In this document: one piece after another, positions 20,352 through 33,034 of the stretch
Numbering within the stretch: the first letter of the stretch is position 1
How the letters are laid out: every line of letters starts with the position of its first letter
From: Plasmodiophora brassicae
Taxonomy: Eukaryota
Assembly (NCBI GenBank): GCA_036867785.1
Contig: CP145422.1
Location: forward strand, 434,001-498,000
DNA: 64,000 bases
Reading direction: 5' to 3'
Notes under the pieces: generated by a model
Told to the model about the DNA's origin: nothing
Seen by the model: the letters and a program-made list of their open reading frames with translations, nothing else
Databases searched by the model: none
Program-made: the position numbers and the translations under genes

Positions 20352-23209
20352 TCACCAATCCGTGTCGGACGGGGACGAATCGGTCATCGTCAGGGCGCCC
20401 TGGTTGAACTTATCGCGGGCTTCCGTACGCCTCGGTTTGGGGCGTGGCGGTTGCATGTAGGCGCCGGGTCCGGGCGTCGCTGTGGCTCGTGACGCCAAGG
20501 CCGCTTCCTGCGTCGTTGTGCTCATGGACAGGTGGGGCACCAGGACGACGATCGGCGCCGGTGCATCGTACCTCACCGATGGGTGCACCGGGTGCTCTTG
20601 TGCCCGGGCGCGTCTCGCCGCGCCGTGCCGCTGGAGCAGGACGACAATGATGATAACGAGCAGAAGCACGGCAATGCCCGCGACGATGACAATGGTCTGG
20701 TACGTGATGATCGACCCGAACGATGCGTCGTTCGACGCCTGAGGTTTCGCCGCCACCGGCGTCGCTGTCGTCCGCCGACGCGCTATCGTTGTTGGCGCAG
20801 GCACCCGTGTGGATGCGTGGTTAGCCCCAGGCACGCCGAACAACGCCGACGTGACGGCACGAACGGGTGTCGGTGCTGGCGTCGGCGCAGGAGTCGGGGC
20901 CACCACAGGCCCAGGAGTTGTCGCGACTGTCGCTGTTGACCCAGCGGGTATGGTCGGTATCGGTGTGGGGGTGCGCCAAGGCGCGGGAGACGGCGTAGGC
21001 GCCGAAGTGGGAGCAGGTGTGGGTGCGGGTGGCGTTATCGTTTGGATGCGACGAACCCGATGGTTTCTGAAGGCACACACACACACACACACGCCAGTCA
21101 GATCCTCTGGTGTACGCTCGAGCCTCGGCTGAGCCTACAGTTTGTCGGCGACGATGATGCTGGTCGTGCCGTTGATGGCGATGCAGGTCGGCTGGTTATA
21201 CGCAGCGGACGTTGGCGCGCCGTCCTGGAACCCGACCATGCCCGACCCCGACCAGGTCGACACCGCCCAGGTCGCCGCCTGCACCATCCGGATCCGGGAG
21301 TTGAGCTTGTCGACGACGAACACGTTGCCGACGGCGTCCACGGCAACGCTGACGGGGGCGTTGAAGGCGGCCGATGTCCCGACCGCATCGACGTAGGCCT
21401 GTGCCCCGCTGCCAGCGACCGTCGACACTGCCCCCGTCGGCGACACCATCCGAATGCGGTTGTTGTTCATATCGGCGACGTACAGGTTGCCGGTGGTCGC
21501 GTCGATCGCGATGCCCATCGGGCTATAGAAGCTGGCCGCCGCGCCCTGGCCGTCGCCGAACTTGCCAGCGCCGCTGCCGGCGACCGTCGACACGACGCCG
21601 GACGGCGACACCTTGCGGATCCGGTTGTTGTTCTGGTCGGCAACGTAGAAGTTGCCGGCGGCGTCCATGGCCAGGCCATACGGGCCGTTGAATTTCGCTG
21701 CGGTCCCAGCGCCGTCTGCGTAGCCGGGCGCCCCCGACCCCGCTAGCGTCGTCACGTTGCCCGACGGGGTCACCTTGCGAATCGCGTTGTTGTACCAGTC
21801 GGCGACGACCACGTTGTTGTCGCGGTCGACGACGACCATTGCCGGGTTGTTGAACGAGGCCGACCCGGCGGGGCCATTCACCAGGGCGGCGACGCCGTTA
21901 CCGGCGACCGTCGACACGGTCCCGTTCGGGGCGACCATCCGGATCCGATTCGAACCATCGCTGATTATCACGTTGCCGTTCGCGTCGAACGCCACTGCAC
22001 GAGGCTGGTTGAATACTGCCGTGCTGGCAGGCCCGTCCTGGTACCCGAGCGCGCCGGTCCCCGCCAACGTTGTGACGGTACCGGGCGCGTCCCCGGTCCC
22101 GCCGTCGACGATCTGGATTGACCGAATCCGGTTCTCCCTGCCAGGACAGTGCGATCAGCTGGGCGGCGCTGCTCGGGGCGACGGCCGGCTTACGCCTTGT
22201 CGGCGACGAGGATGTTTGTGGTGCCGTTGACAACGATGCCGGCGGGGCTGTCGAACTGTGCGGACGCAGGCCCACCGTCGAGGAACCCGGCCGCACCGGA
22301 CCCTGCCCAAGTCGACACCGCCCCCGTTGCAATCGACAGGACCCGGATGCGGTAGTTGAGTCGGTCGGTGACGAACAGGTGGCCCGCACTGTCCATCGTC
22401 AGGCTGGTCGGGTTGTTGAACGCCGCCTGCGTCCCGACGGGTGCGTCGATGTACGACGCGACGCCCGTGCCGGCCAACGTCGAAACGTATCCGGACGGCG
22501 AGACCGTCCTGATGCGATGGTTGCTTGTGTCGGCGACGTACAGGTTGCCGTTGGCGTCGATCGTGATCCCCAACGGGGAAAGGAAGCTGGCCGCCGTGCC
22601 CTGGCCGTCGGCGAACGCGGCGCTGCCACTGCCGGCGAACGTGGAGACGACACCCGACGGGGTCACCTTTCGGATTCGATGGTTGTTCTGATCGGTGACG
22701 TACAGGTTGCCGTTGCCGTCCAGGCAGGCGCCGTACGGGAAGTTGAACAGGGCGCCGGTCCCGTTGCCGTCCAGGTACCCGGCGGTGCCGTTCCCCGCCA
22801 GGGTCGTCACCCTGCCGGTCGCTGTTACCTTCCGAATCGCATTGTTCTGCCAGTCGGTGACGATCAGGTCGCCGTTGGCGTCGACGACGACCTGCGTTGG
22901 GTAACGGAAGCTGGCGGATGCGCCCTGTCCATCGGCGAACCCTGCTGAGCCGCTGCCGGCGACGAGCGATGTGACCCCGTTCGCGATCTTCCGAATGCAG
23001 TTGTTGTCGGAATCGGCGACGTAGACGCTGCCGAACGAATCCATGGCCAGGCCTCGGGGCGTTTTGAAAATCGCTTGCACGACGCGCCCCTCCAAGTACC
23101 CTGCCGTACCGTTGCCTGCGAACGTGGTCACAGGTCCAGGGGCCATGGCGCCCAGCCCGGTTGCCATCCGCCAGGCGGCAACCGCTATGACAACGAGCCC
23201 AAACGGCAT
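20352..23209 (-). CDS. Type I membrane protein with two NHL-repeat beta-propellers and a Pro/Thr-rich stalk (3 exons)
   Basis: Signal peptide, about 12 NHL repeats (F..P.G...D..GNLYVAD..N.RIR), a PAPT-rich linker and the TM helix IVIVAGIAVLLLVIIIVVLL. Confidence 0.9.
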
Positions 23210-23537
23210 TTGTGTGGACCGGCGCTCACTCAGGGCGGTATCAAGTGGAGTACGGCTCGATCGCGCGTGTTAGCTGAACACAAGCACTCGTCCATGTTTA
23301 ATGATAGCAGAGGCACGGCACGTACGTTATTCGTTGCGGCTCGCCACCTGAAGCGCCGCACCAGGTCGTAGGCGGCAGCGTTCAGAGCTGGGGCCGTCCA
23401 GCTGGTGGCAGAGATGGGGGGTCGCCCGGTGCGGACGTCCGGTGCGGGGTGCGGGCGAGTACGCGGACGTGACGCCAACGTCGCGGCGACTAAGTGCCAA
23501 GCATGGACGCCGGGCAGTGCCATGCATCGGCGTTGCG

Positions 23538-24935
23538 ATGGTACCTGGCGGCCCTGCTATTCACGATGAGCTTCGTGATGGGATTCCTATGGAACCTGGT
23601 GCGTTCCCAGGGAGGAGGGGTACGGCCGTAACGTCGCCGCTGAGCACGCGCTGGGTACAGATGAACGCGCTGTCGGGCATGGTGACCCGGAATCTGGGAA
23701 TCCATCCGGATTCGATTGAGGACGACACGCTCGTGGGCACCGCCGTGCTGTTGATCGCCTCCCCTGTGTTCGCGTTCTGGATGGCGAACGGCCGATTCCG
23801 CCTCGCCATGCTGGTATCGACGCTGTGCTCCTGCGCCAGTGCCTGGGTACTGCTACTGGGCGCCCTGCACCTCAGTGGCCGCATGATCTTCGTGTCGCTC
23901 GCTGTGAATGGCCTATCTGGGCCGATGGCTGTACGTCTGTGTGGTTGTCGTCGTCGCCCTGCCGACATTGATGGGTGAAGCGCTCTGCAGATGTTTGGTG
24001 GCGTAGCGCTGAGCGACCTGTGGTTCCCGTGTCATCAGCGGACGAGGGCGACCGCCCTGCTCTGCTCCGCGAATTACCTCGGGGTCGGAGTCGCGTTCTT
24101 GGTCGGGTCCATCGTCATCAAGGACGATGCCGCCATTGGTGCACTCGTGCGCCTGTCCATCGCCATTTGTGCGGTCACGACCACCGTCTTCATTCTGACG
24201 GCTATCCGGTTCCCGTCCGCACCTCGCCACGCGCCGTCGCTGTCACAGGCTCTTCGCCACGCGCATCCCATGCAACACGACCCGTCGCGAAGCGGATACT
24301 TCGCGTTGGCGTCCAGTGCACCGTTCTGGCGCATCGCGCTGTGCTTCGCACTGGGGTCGGGAATCTACGCCGGTTGGGGCGGATCGCTATCGGTGAACCT
24401 GGCCCAGTTCGGGTTCACCCAGGAGCAGGCCGGGTGGATCGGGTCCGCCGGTATCTTCGGCGGGTTCCTCGGAGGGTACCTATTCGCCATGCTGTGCGAC
24501 AGCAAGCGTGCCCCGCTGCAACAAGTTACGCTGGCGCTGTTCGTCATCAGCGGCGTCTCCCTGCTCGTGTTCCTGTTCGGGTGCCGGAACGCCTGGGGCG
24601 TCGTCCCCCTAGCCGTTGCATCGTCGGTCGCCGGCGCAGGCATCAACGGCACGATACCGCTCCTGCTAGAACTCGCAATGGAGGCAACCTACCCGATACC
24701 AACGGCCTCCACCGGGAACGTCATGACGGCGGCGAACAGTATCGGCGCCGTCGCCTTCCTGATGGTCCCCATCGACACTGTCGGGACACAGTGGATGAAC
24801 TGGGCCCCCTTCGCTGCCTGCGCGCTCTCCGCCTGCCTCCTTGCTTACCCGCCTGTACGCTGCAGGCGCCGAGAGATCGACGTCGCCGATCCGGCCACGC
24901 TTCCGATCCTCCACGACGACGGTCATGACAGATAA
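23538..24935 (+). CDS. MFS transporter, SLC49/FLVCR-like (start uncertain, introns)
   Basis: Multiple TM helices, with LSDLWFPCHQRTRATAL and LLELAMEATYPIP motifs. Confidence 0.8.
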
Positions 24936-24962
24936 AGAGAGCGCTCCCTCCACCAGCTCCGT

Positions 24963-25982
24963 TTAGTCCAGGCCAGCAAAGAACCCGTTGCCGGGCCTGG
25001 GCGTGTCAGCGTCGACGTCCATGTCGACATCGTCGTCGTCATCGGCCTCGAACAGGAACCCGGCCTCCCAGAACTTGACGGCACCGTCGTGGGAGCTGCT
25101 GGCGATCCATTGCCGATCGTGTGACAGGCGAATGCACTCCACCGGGAACTCGTAGCGCCCGACAACGCCCAGCAGCTTGTTCGGGTGGATCTGGACGACG
25201 CGAATCAGGCCGTCGCTCGACGCCGTACAGATCGTGTCGGCGTCGACGACGACCATCGACTCGATCGATTCCGGGTGCCCGGGGAACCGTTCGTCGTAGT
25301 CGCCAAAGTCGCCGTACGACCAGATCAGCACCATGCCGTCCTGCGTGCCGCAGACGACCTTGTTCCCCGACTTGATCACCTGGACCGACAGCAACTCGTC
25401 CTCGACGTCGTCGGACATGGCGAACAGGGACCCCTTGCCGCGAACGTCCCAGACGCCCAGCGTGCCGTCGGCACACGTCACCAGCATGTGGTGCCTGTCG
25501 ACCACGGGGCACATATCCGATATGTAGTCAGCGTTCTCGTCTTGCTTCCACGAGAGCGCCGGCGACCTCCACGACGTTCGCACGTCCCAAAGCGACAGGT
25601 CGCCCTCGTCATCGCCGGCGGCGAACAGGTTCGTGCCGTACGCGGCGACGACGTTGACGGCAGCGTTGTGTGCGTTCGCCTCGTGGTGAACGACGACCCC
25701 GGATTCCATGTCGACGAACCCGAGGCTCCGGTCCTTCGACCCGGTGACGAGCCCTGAACCGCAGGCGGTGAAGGCGACGGATCGGCACGCGTCCTTGTGG
25801 TGCCGCGCTGTGTGCAGGGTCGCCGCCGACCGCCCCGGCTCGTACCCAAACACATGAACGGCACCGTCGATGAGCGCGGCGGCCCCAATGTTGCGCCCTG
25901 GATGCAGCGCAATGTCGTGCACGTGGCAGTCATCGCCGAATGTGATCTCCAGCGGCGCCGTCATTGAGCCGTCGTCAGCCAT
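24963..25982 (-). CDS. WDR55: WD40-repeat protein, WDR55/Jip5-like
   Basis: AAGDDEG, DYISDM, EDELLS, FPGHPES, TASSDGLIR, VVQIHPNK, and the C-terminal FFAGL motif. Confidence 0.85.
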   Translation of the reverse strand: MADDGSMTAPLEITFGDDCHVHDIALHPGRNIGAAALIDGAVHVFGYEPGRSAATLHTARHHKDACRSVAFTACGSGLVTGSKDRSLGFVDMESGVVVHHEANAHNAAVNVVAAYGTNLFAAGDDEGDLSLWDVRTSWRSPALSWKQDENADYISDMCPVVDRHHMLVTCADGTLGVWDVRGKGSLFAMSDDVEDELLSVQVIKSGNKVVCGTQDGMVLIWSYGDFGDYDERFPGHPESIESMVVVDADTICTASSDGLIRVVQIHPNKLLGVVGRYEFPVECIRLSHDRQWIASSSHDGAVKFWEAGFLFEADDDDDVDMDVDADTPRPGNGFFAGLD

Positions 25983-26216
25983 TGCACCGCTACAGCGGTG
26001 GTTACCGACCTGCAGCCCCGGACTTTTTCACTGCGCTCGCAATCCGAACCCGCAGCCCTGCCACTCCCGCCTGCTGGTCCTCCACGTGAGCACCAATACG
26101 ATACATATAACGGTACAGCGCCCGCGAAGGAATCCAACTGCCAACCCCGGGGAGTACTTCCGGCAGCGTCACGATAGGAGAGGTGCAGGTCGAGATCCCA
26201 GTATCTTCCTGCAGTA

Positions 26217-27968
26217 CACCACCAAAGTTAGCGATCTCCTGAGGAGTCTTTCGCGGACCTCCGCAGGAGATTTTTTGTGGAGTCTCCTGTGTGGAATTAC
26301 GTTCCAGGACCTCCAAACCGCATCCGCCAAAAAATGGCAATTGGACCTCCGCCAAAGCCTCCTGGGGAGCTCGGGCAGACCTCCTGAGGAGGTCTTCCAA
26401 AGGCCTCCGTAGGTCCTCCCCCAAACCTCCTGGAGGACCTCCCCAGAACCTCCCCAGGAGCTCATGAAGACGTCCTCAACGCATTGGTGACCATACTACT
26501 GAGGACCTCCCCAGTACCATTTAATGAGCTCGAGAACAGTAAATATTGTAAAGCTGAGAAAGTTTTTATTGTGATAGATCGCGTATCGGATCGAATCGTA
26601 CGGGCGTCAGGGAAGCCCCGTTCGACGCCATAACTTTGTCGGAGTGCCCATTTCTTGAGGACGTCGTCTTGGTAGCATTTGTAACGCCGCCTGGTAAACA
26701 GCTGGGCACCCGAACGCCGTGACAACGACTGGGATGATGAGCTTCTGGCATCTTTCTTTCATCTTGTTCTTGGCGCATGAACCGTGAGGGTTATAGGGGC
26801 AGCGGGCATTCAGCCACGATCTGCAGTTTTTTGCCCCAGTGCTGGTTCCCGCTTTCCTCGTTATCGACGTGGGACTTGGCTGATCTTGGACCATCCGCGC
26901 GTGGTTGATTGGTGGCGCGGACAGAAAGTCCCGGCTGCCGTTTTATTGATCTGTTGCAGGCGCAGCTTAATCGATCGAGGGTCTCCGGTGTAGCCTCTCC
27001 TCGAAGACAGCCGGCCGCCGCTCGAGCCTTGAGATCATTCTCGCGAGAGCGTCTGTTCAAAATGACCGCGGCGCGGACACTGAAGGCACAGTCGTGCAAA
27101 AATTATGGGCCCTTCTTGCACAGTGGCGCACGTTCTTTCATGCGCAGTCTCGCAGTTTCGTTCAGTTGACGTCCCCGCAGGATCTGCGCCCGTCACTGCG
27201 ATTTCGCCATGTCGGACGAACAGAACATGCTTATTGAGCTTGAAAATGGCGGGTTCTAGATCGAACGTGCCGTACTGTTACGTGCTCATCGTAGCAAGCG
27301 GTCAGGTTTCTGGCAAGCAGTCGACCAGGAGCTCGAAAGAGTGGAGAATCTGAGGACCAGTGGCCGCGGAGATGAGGCTGACAGAATCATGGTCGCGTAT
27401 GTAACTAAGGACAAGGAAACGTTCGCTGAGCCCGTTATACACGAGGACTTGCTTGTCATTGACGTTCGACACGACAAGGGCAGTGATGATGGCAACGAAG
27501 GACCTGTCCATGTTGAAGACGACGCCAACTCAATATTACCTGCCCCTGATGGAGACGACGACGACTCAGTTTTACCTGTCCGTGATGAAGACGCTCATTC
27601 TCAAGACTCCCGCTGATCGCTTCAGCACCAACGTCATGACCGTTACAATACAATTTACAACCACCCATTTGGTGCATGTGCGGCGCAATTCGCAAACCAG
27701 TCGCCGTTGTCCGATGAATTCCTGACGGAGGACCTCCTGAGGAGTATGCCTGGAAAGCCTCCTCAGGAGCTCCGCGGTGAAAACATCCTGTACACCATCG
27801 GGTTCAACCTTTGACGGAGCATTTTGCGAACTACTCCCTCGGAGACTCCAGCTGCAGTCTCCACCAGAGGTCCGACGCGACAAACCTCCCACGGAGACTC
27901 CGCCGAAATGGTGCCACGGAGATTTCCCCGTGAAAACCTCCTCAGGAGTATCGCAGCTTTTGGCCGTG
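26217..27968. mobile_element. Non-autonomous CAC-terminal (CACTA/EnSpm-like) DNA transposon remnant
   Basis: Left end CACCACCAAAGTTAGCGATCTCCTGAGGAG aligns with the reverse complement of the right end, CACGGCCAAAAGCTGCGATACTCCTGAGGAG. Palindromic CTCCTSAGGAG motifs cluster at both ends. The interior has only short broken ORFs. Confidence 0.7.
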
Positions 27969-28037
27969 ATAGGCGGTGGCAAGTGGGTGACGCTAAAGAT
28001 AGCTCGCACAACAGATCGCCGTAGCGATCGTCGTCGG

Positions 28038-28913
28038 ATGGGCAAGCGCGAGCGCGCTCGACGGCGCCAGCAAAACCGGAAACATGATACGCTGAGGAAG
28101 CCGGGTCCCGTTGCACTGCCGAAGCGCGTCGGTTTGGGAAATGCCAGGAAGCCGGCCAAGGCGGATGCTTCCAGCTTGACTGTCGCCTCGCTTGTAACCA
28201 TGCCAGGTAATGGGGCTGCTGGTGCTGCTGCGCCTTCCGTTGTACTGTTGCTGCGCTGACGTTGACCACCTAGGACATGTACTGATCGTTGGTGATGGCG
28301 ATTTCAGCTTTAGCAGAGCGGTCGCGTCCATTCGTGGCTCGCATGTACCCGGTGATCTACAATGCACTTCGCTGGACAGTGCATCGACGGTGACGGCAAA
28401 GTACCCGTGCGCCCAGCAGCATCTCGCGTCCCTGCATACCCATCCTTCCTGCACGGTTCGACATTCGATCGATGCCACCAACCTGCACGGAACCAACTTT
28501 AGTGGACGCCTGTTCAACCGTAGGATGACCAGCTAACATCTGCACGCTGTTCGTGGTCTGCTGATGCTGCCACCTTACGTTCAGGAATTGTGTTCATGTT
28601 CCCGCACACCGGCAAGCAAAGAGTGCACATGAATCGAAACCTAATCAGCGAGTTCCTGTCGAGTTGCGAGCCCGTGCTGGCCCAAGGCGGTCTCGTTCTG
28701 GTTACGATCAAGGATCGGCCGCCGTACTCTAGGTGGAACATCGCCGAGCTGGCCGTCGGTACAGGGCTCGAACTGAAGGCCAAGCTGCCGTTCGACGCAG
28801 ACGAATTCCCGGGCTACGCGCATCGAACAACCGACCCTACCGCCAAGAAACTCGTTATCGACTCCCAGTCCGCCAACACCTTTGTCTTTGGTCGACCACG
28901 TACTTCGGGGTGA
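28038..28913 (+). CDS. DUF2431 / BMT5-like rRNA methyltransferase-family protein (multi-exon)
   Basis: VLIVGDGDFSFS, IDATNL, IVFMFPHTG, NRNLISEF and PYSRWNI. Confidence 0.85.
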
Positions 28914-29531
28914 TACGACTTGCCTACCTGGTAGACGCTCCCCCAGTGAGACGTTACATGCAGGAAGCTTCCATGTTAAGGACCATACACTGCACGCCAC
29001 TAAGATATTGCAGGCCAAGCGTCCTACCAAACCAACCCCCTAGAACGTCGCGTGCTTTGAACGTTGCTCCGTTTCGCTGAGACAGCTGGCGAGGGTCCAC
29101 CAAACACTGACCTGGCGAAGGTTCCCTGTACAGTACGGAGAGGTGTACCGAGTACATCTAACCGGGCTGCTGGTCTCCTTCGAATCGAAGCCGACATCAC
29201 CGAACGGGCCCCGCGCCGGAATCGGAACGCACCCAGGAACAGTACTGGAGCCGCACGTCGGGTTGACCAAGGCGTTCGGATTGCTGGCCGGTATGAAACC
29301 CCGCACCGGTACGACAATCACCGATTTCAGACCGACCTGAAACGACTCCACACTCAGGACGGCAATTGAGTGACACAGCTCGTCGACGTCGTTACCTTGT
29401 ACTGCCTGGCTGGCTGTTCTTCAGTTCCGTGCGAAAAAACACACACACACAGAACTCGACGTTTGTGCTGATTTTGTTTTGGGGAGGGAGGCGAACGTCG
29501 GCAGTTGCAACTGACGGCAGCACAATCGCAA

Positions 29532-32279
29532 ATGTCGGGGCCGGGCAATGACGGGATGGTCGTCGACGGTGGACAGTACGACCTGTCGTTCGCCGGGCAT
29601 CTGGCGGGGTCGGCGCGATGCGTATGCGTCGACGATGACGACGGATTCGTTGCGGCCACCGTCGAGGGCGTCGTGTCCGTGTTCACGCGTGCGTCCGCTC
29701 GTGACTGGACTCGGCGTGCGCCGTTTGGAGAGCAACGGATGCATGGGCAGAACCCTGGGCTATTGCTGGCTATTGCCAAGCGGAAGCAGGGTGCGTTCGT
29801 CAGCGGGGGAACGGATAACCGTGCGGCTATATGGTCGGCGGCGGGCGGCCGTCTGGGGCAACTCGTCGGCGCCCATTCCAAACCTGTTAACAGCGTGGTC
29901 CAGCTGCCGAATGACGACATCATCACGGGGAGTCAAGACGGCAGTGCCGTCGTCTGGCGGAAACAACAGCCGCATTATCGCCTGGAGGGACACGAGTACG
30001 GCGTCGAAGTCGCAGCCTTGGACTCGGGGGAAATTGTCACCGGCAGCGGCAATCGCAGCCAGGGCATCATCAGGATCTGGAGCGGCTCGACATGCGTCGA
30101 CCAGAACGACAGTGCCCATTCTCGTCAGTGGCGCCGTCATCGCTTCCTATTGCGACGCTGACGCCCCCTGATGTAGACATCATCAGAAAGCTGATTCGAC
30201 ACCCGCTAGGGTTCGCTTCATGCGGTAACGATGGGTTCGTGAAGGTGTGGACAGCCGGTCCGCCCATGTCATGCATATTATCTGTCCTGGCGCATCCAGC
30301 GGCTGCAGATATCGATTCCTTCGTCTACAGCATCGCGTATATCGAATCGACCGGATCGATCGTGTCCGTCGGCGAAGACCGATATGCTCGTATCATCGCG
30401 GGCGATGGGACGATCGTGCAGTCCATAAAGCACCCTGCTGCCGTCCGAGACGTTGACGTGCTTCCCAATTCGGACATCGTCACTGCATGTAGTGACGGTG
30501 CCATTCGTGTCTGGTCGCGATCTTCCGAGCGACATGCTGATGATTCGACACGCAATGCATACCATGAGCTGCTTGCAGTAACCGAGACGGCTGCCATGCA
30601 GACTTTGGATCCTTCTCAACTTCGGCCGGCATCGGTTCTACAGGCAGCTGGTGAACACCCAGGCCAAGTCGTCATTGTTGACCTCCCCAACAAAGGACCC
30701 ACTGTTTTCCAGTGGGACCAAGACGCGTCCACGTGGCAAGAGGTCGGCGCAGCGCTTGGTGCTGCGTCTAAGCCTACATTGGATGGCGTGCAGTATGACC
30801 ATGTAACGTACCTGAACTATCATTGTCCATTATCAGTGACCCCTGTATGTAGGTCGTGGACGTTGTCGCTCGCGAAGGTGCTCCTCCGATCAAGCTTGGC
30901 TTTAACGTCACCGACGATCCGGCTGCAGTTGCTCGTGCCTTCTGTACCAGATATGGTTTTGGAGAAGACGTACTGCCACAGATTGTCGATTATCTGAAGC
31001 CTTTGGCAAATGCGGCTGCTCGTCTGGCCAAGCAAGAGCAGGAAACTGCCAAGTCCGTAAAACTCATCCCGTGCTGGAAGCATGAAGGCTTCATGATAGA
31101 TTCAAAGTAAGAGTGCTGGCCTCTTGATGTCTGTCGCGTACGTAAACACGGTGGTACAGGCTTGTTACGAAGCCTCTCGAGACGAAGCTGTTGCAATTGA
31201 GTGAGGCATTACCTGCGGGATATTCCCAGTTCGCCCTGTCGGATGACCAAAAGAACACGCTTTCGTCTCTTGTGGGGCTGCTGGAATCGTGCCGAGCTGG
31301 ATCGCGACTGCCCTTCGCACCGGATATGGCATCACTGATTGAGAGCCTACTTGTGTCCTGGCCAATTGACAACCTCCTTCCAGTCATTGACCTTCTTCGG
31401 ATGCTTGCCGCTGGTATGGTGTCAACGGACATTTAATGGTCGCCTATTGATTCCCAACGTTAACGGTGGCAGTTCATCCGGATGCTGTACGCTTGTTTGA
31501 ACAACCGCGAGTTCTCGATCGCATCGTTGAGGTTGCTACCGGCGGTAGCCCCACACATCTCGCAGTAACGTTCAAGGCGCTTTCGAACTGGATCGCTAAA
31601 CGCGGCAACCCGAACTCAGGGCCGACAGGTCCTGACAATTCACGTTCTGTACTAGTGACTATCGAAAAGGTAACCATATCGGGTCGTTGTTACGGTTACG
31701 CTGCCAATGCATTTCGCATTTGTAGGTTGTAAGCAAATTATCCGTCGGCGCAAGCCATGAAAACCCTGCAGTTGTTGCAGAATTCACTGCGTTTGCTCAC
31801 AAGTAAGGGCTGTAATAGTTATCAGGTGACCTGTCCCTAACCAGAGGCTGTTATTGATGTGCAGCATTTTGTGCTACATTGGACGCTACTACCAGCAAGA
31901 GGCTGGCAGTGAGAGAAACACCTTATTCGTTGCGATAATACGCGCGCTCTCTCAGGTCCGTCTCACATGTTGCAATTCCCGGCTAAGTTGAGATACCAAT
32001 GGTGCTGTTCTGTGCCGCTCAGTTTTTCCAGGCTCCGCGAAAAGAACGTGCAACGTTCACGGCGCTGTTGGTAGTCGGCACCATCGTGAGTCGCATATCT
32101 TGCAGTCATATGTGTCATTTCATCGCGAGTTTGTGCAGGCATCCCTAAGTCCTTCAGGGGCCGACCTGGTTCGCTCCGAATTTGCCGACCGCCTTTCCTC
32201 GATGCTATCCGGTTTGGAGGCATCCAGCAACCCGCTCATACGGCAAGCTGCTCGAGACGTCACAGTTGTAATGTCCTGA
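29532..32279 (+). CDS. PLAA: PLAA/Doa1/Ufd3-like protein (WD40-PFU-PUL), multi-exon
   Basis: WD40 repeats with SVGEDR and DIVTACSDG. PFU motifs LDGVQYDHV and KLGFNVTDDP. PUL motif WPIDNLLPVIDLLRML. Confidence 0.85.
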
Positions 32280-32380
32280 AAATGAACCCATCGATGTGCT
32301 TGGCAAATGAACGCTGTTTCGAGGACGCTGTCGTATCGATCGCAGCACAACCGAATGTAAGAACGGGCAGGTTCACAGTA

Positions 32381-32954
32381 TTATGTTTCTTCTTCATCCG
32401 TTTCGTCTTCGGTCTCCTGCTCGGCATCGGTGTCGTCCTCAGTGGACGCCTCCTCTTTGATGTCCGGCCGGGGTACGTATGGCTTCTTTCGTATGATCTG
32501 GGCGTTCGTTAGGAAGCGATCTAACCGGGGCAATGGGAATGGCCAGGTAGCGGCATCGTACCTCTGAGTAATGTCGCTCGCAGTAGGCGAGTCGGTAGAC
32601 GCGTTCGGCACAGTTGGGCTCGACGCATCGCATGGCCAGGCGCGGCGCCGCACCGCTGTCGCTGTCACTGGACTCGTCGGCGGACGACGCCTCCGTTGCT
32701 GCTGCATGGATCGCGCGCAGGTGCTCGTCGAAGTGCTTCGCGCAGAGGCCCGTTGCATCGTCTACCTTGTCGAGGCCGCACTCCCGAAACGTGCAACTGT
32801 GCGATAGATGGGCAAGCACCTCGGACGTCGTCCTGCCGGCCGTCTCCACCGGCACCTGCCCGTTCTTCACGCGATACTCGTTATAGTACCCCACGACGCC
32901 TGCGATCTTGTCGTCGATCGTCGACAGCACTCGCTCATGCTGACGGCGGCTCAT
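32381..32954 (-). CDS. Small protein with two C-x4-C-xn-C-x2-H zinc-finger-like motifs and an acidic tail (one intron)
   Basis: CTFREC...LCAKH and CVEPNC...YCERH. A probable intron lies at about 32512-32560. Confidence 0.6.
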
Positions 32955-33034
32955 CTCGCCGCCAGCGCGTTGCTATTGGCACGCGCCCCCCTCAGACTGG
33001 ATAACCCGAGCAGTGTACTTTCTCCAAATGAATC

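Noticed and set aside
28920-29500. Short ORFs between the BMT5-like gene and PLAA
   Set aside because: No recognisable motif and no consistent exon structure.
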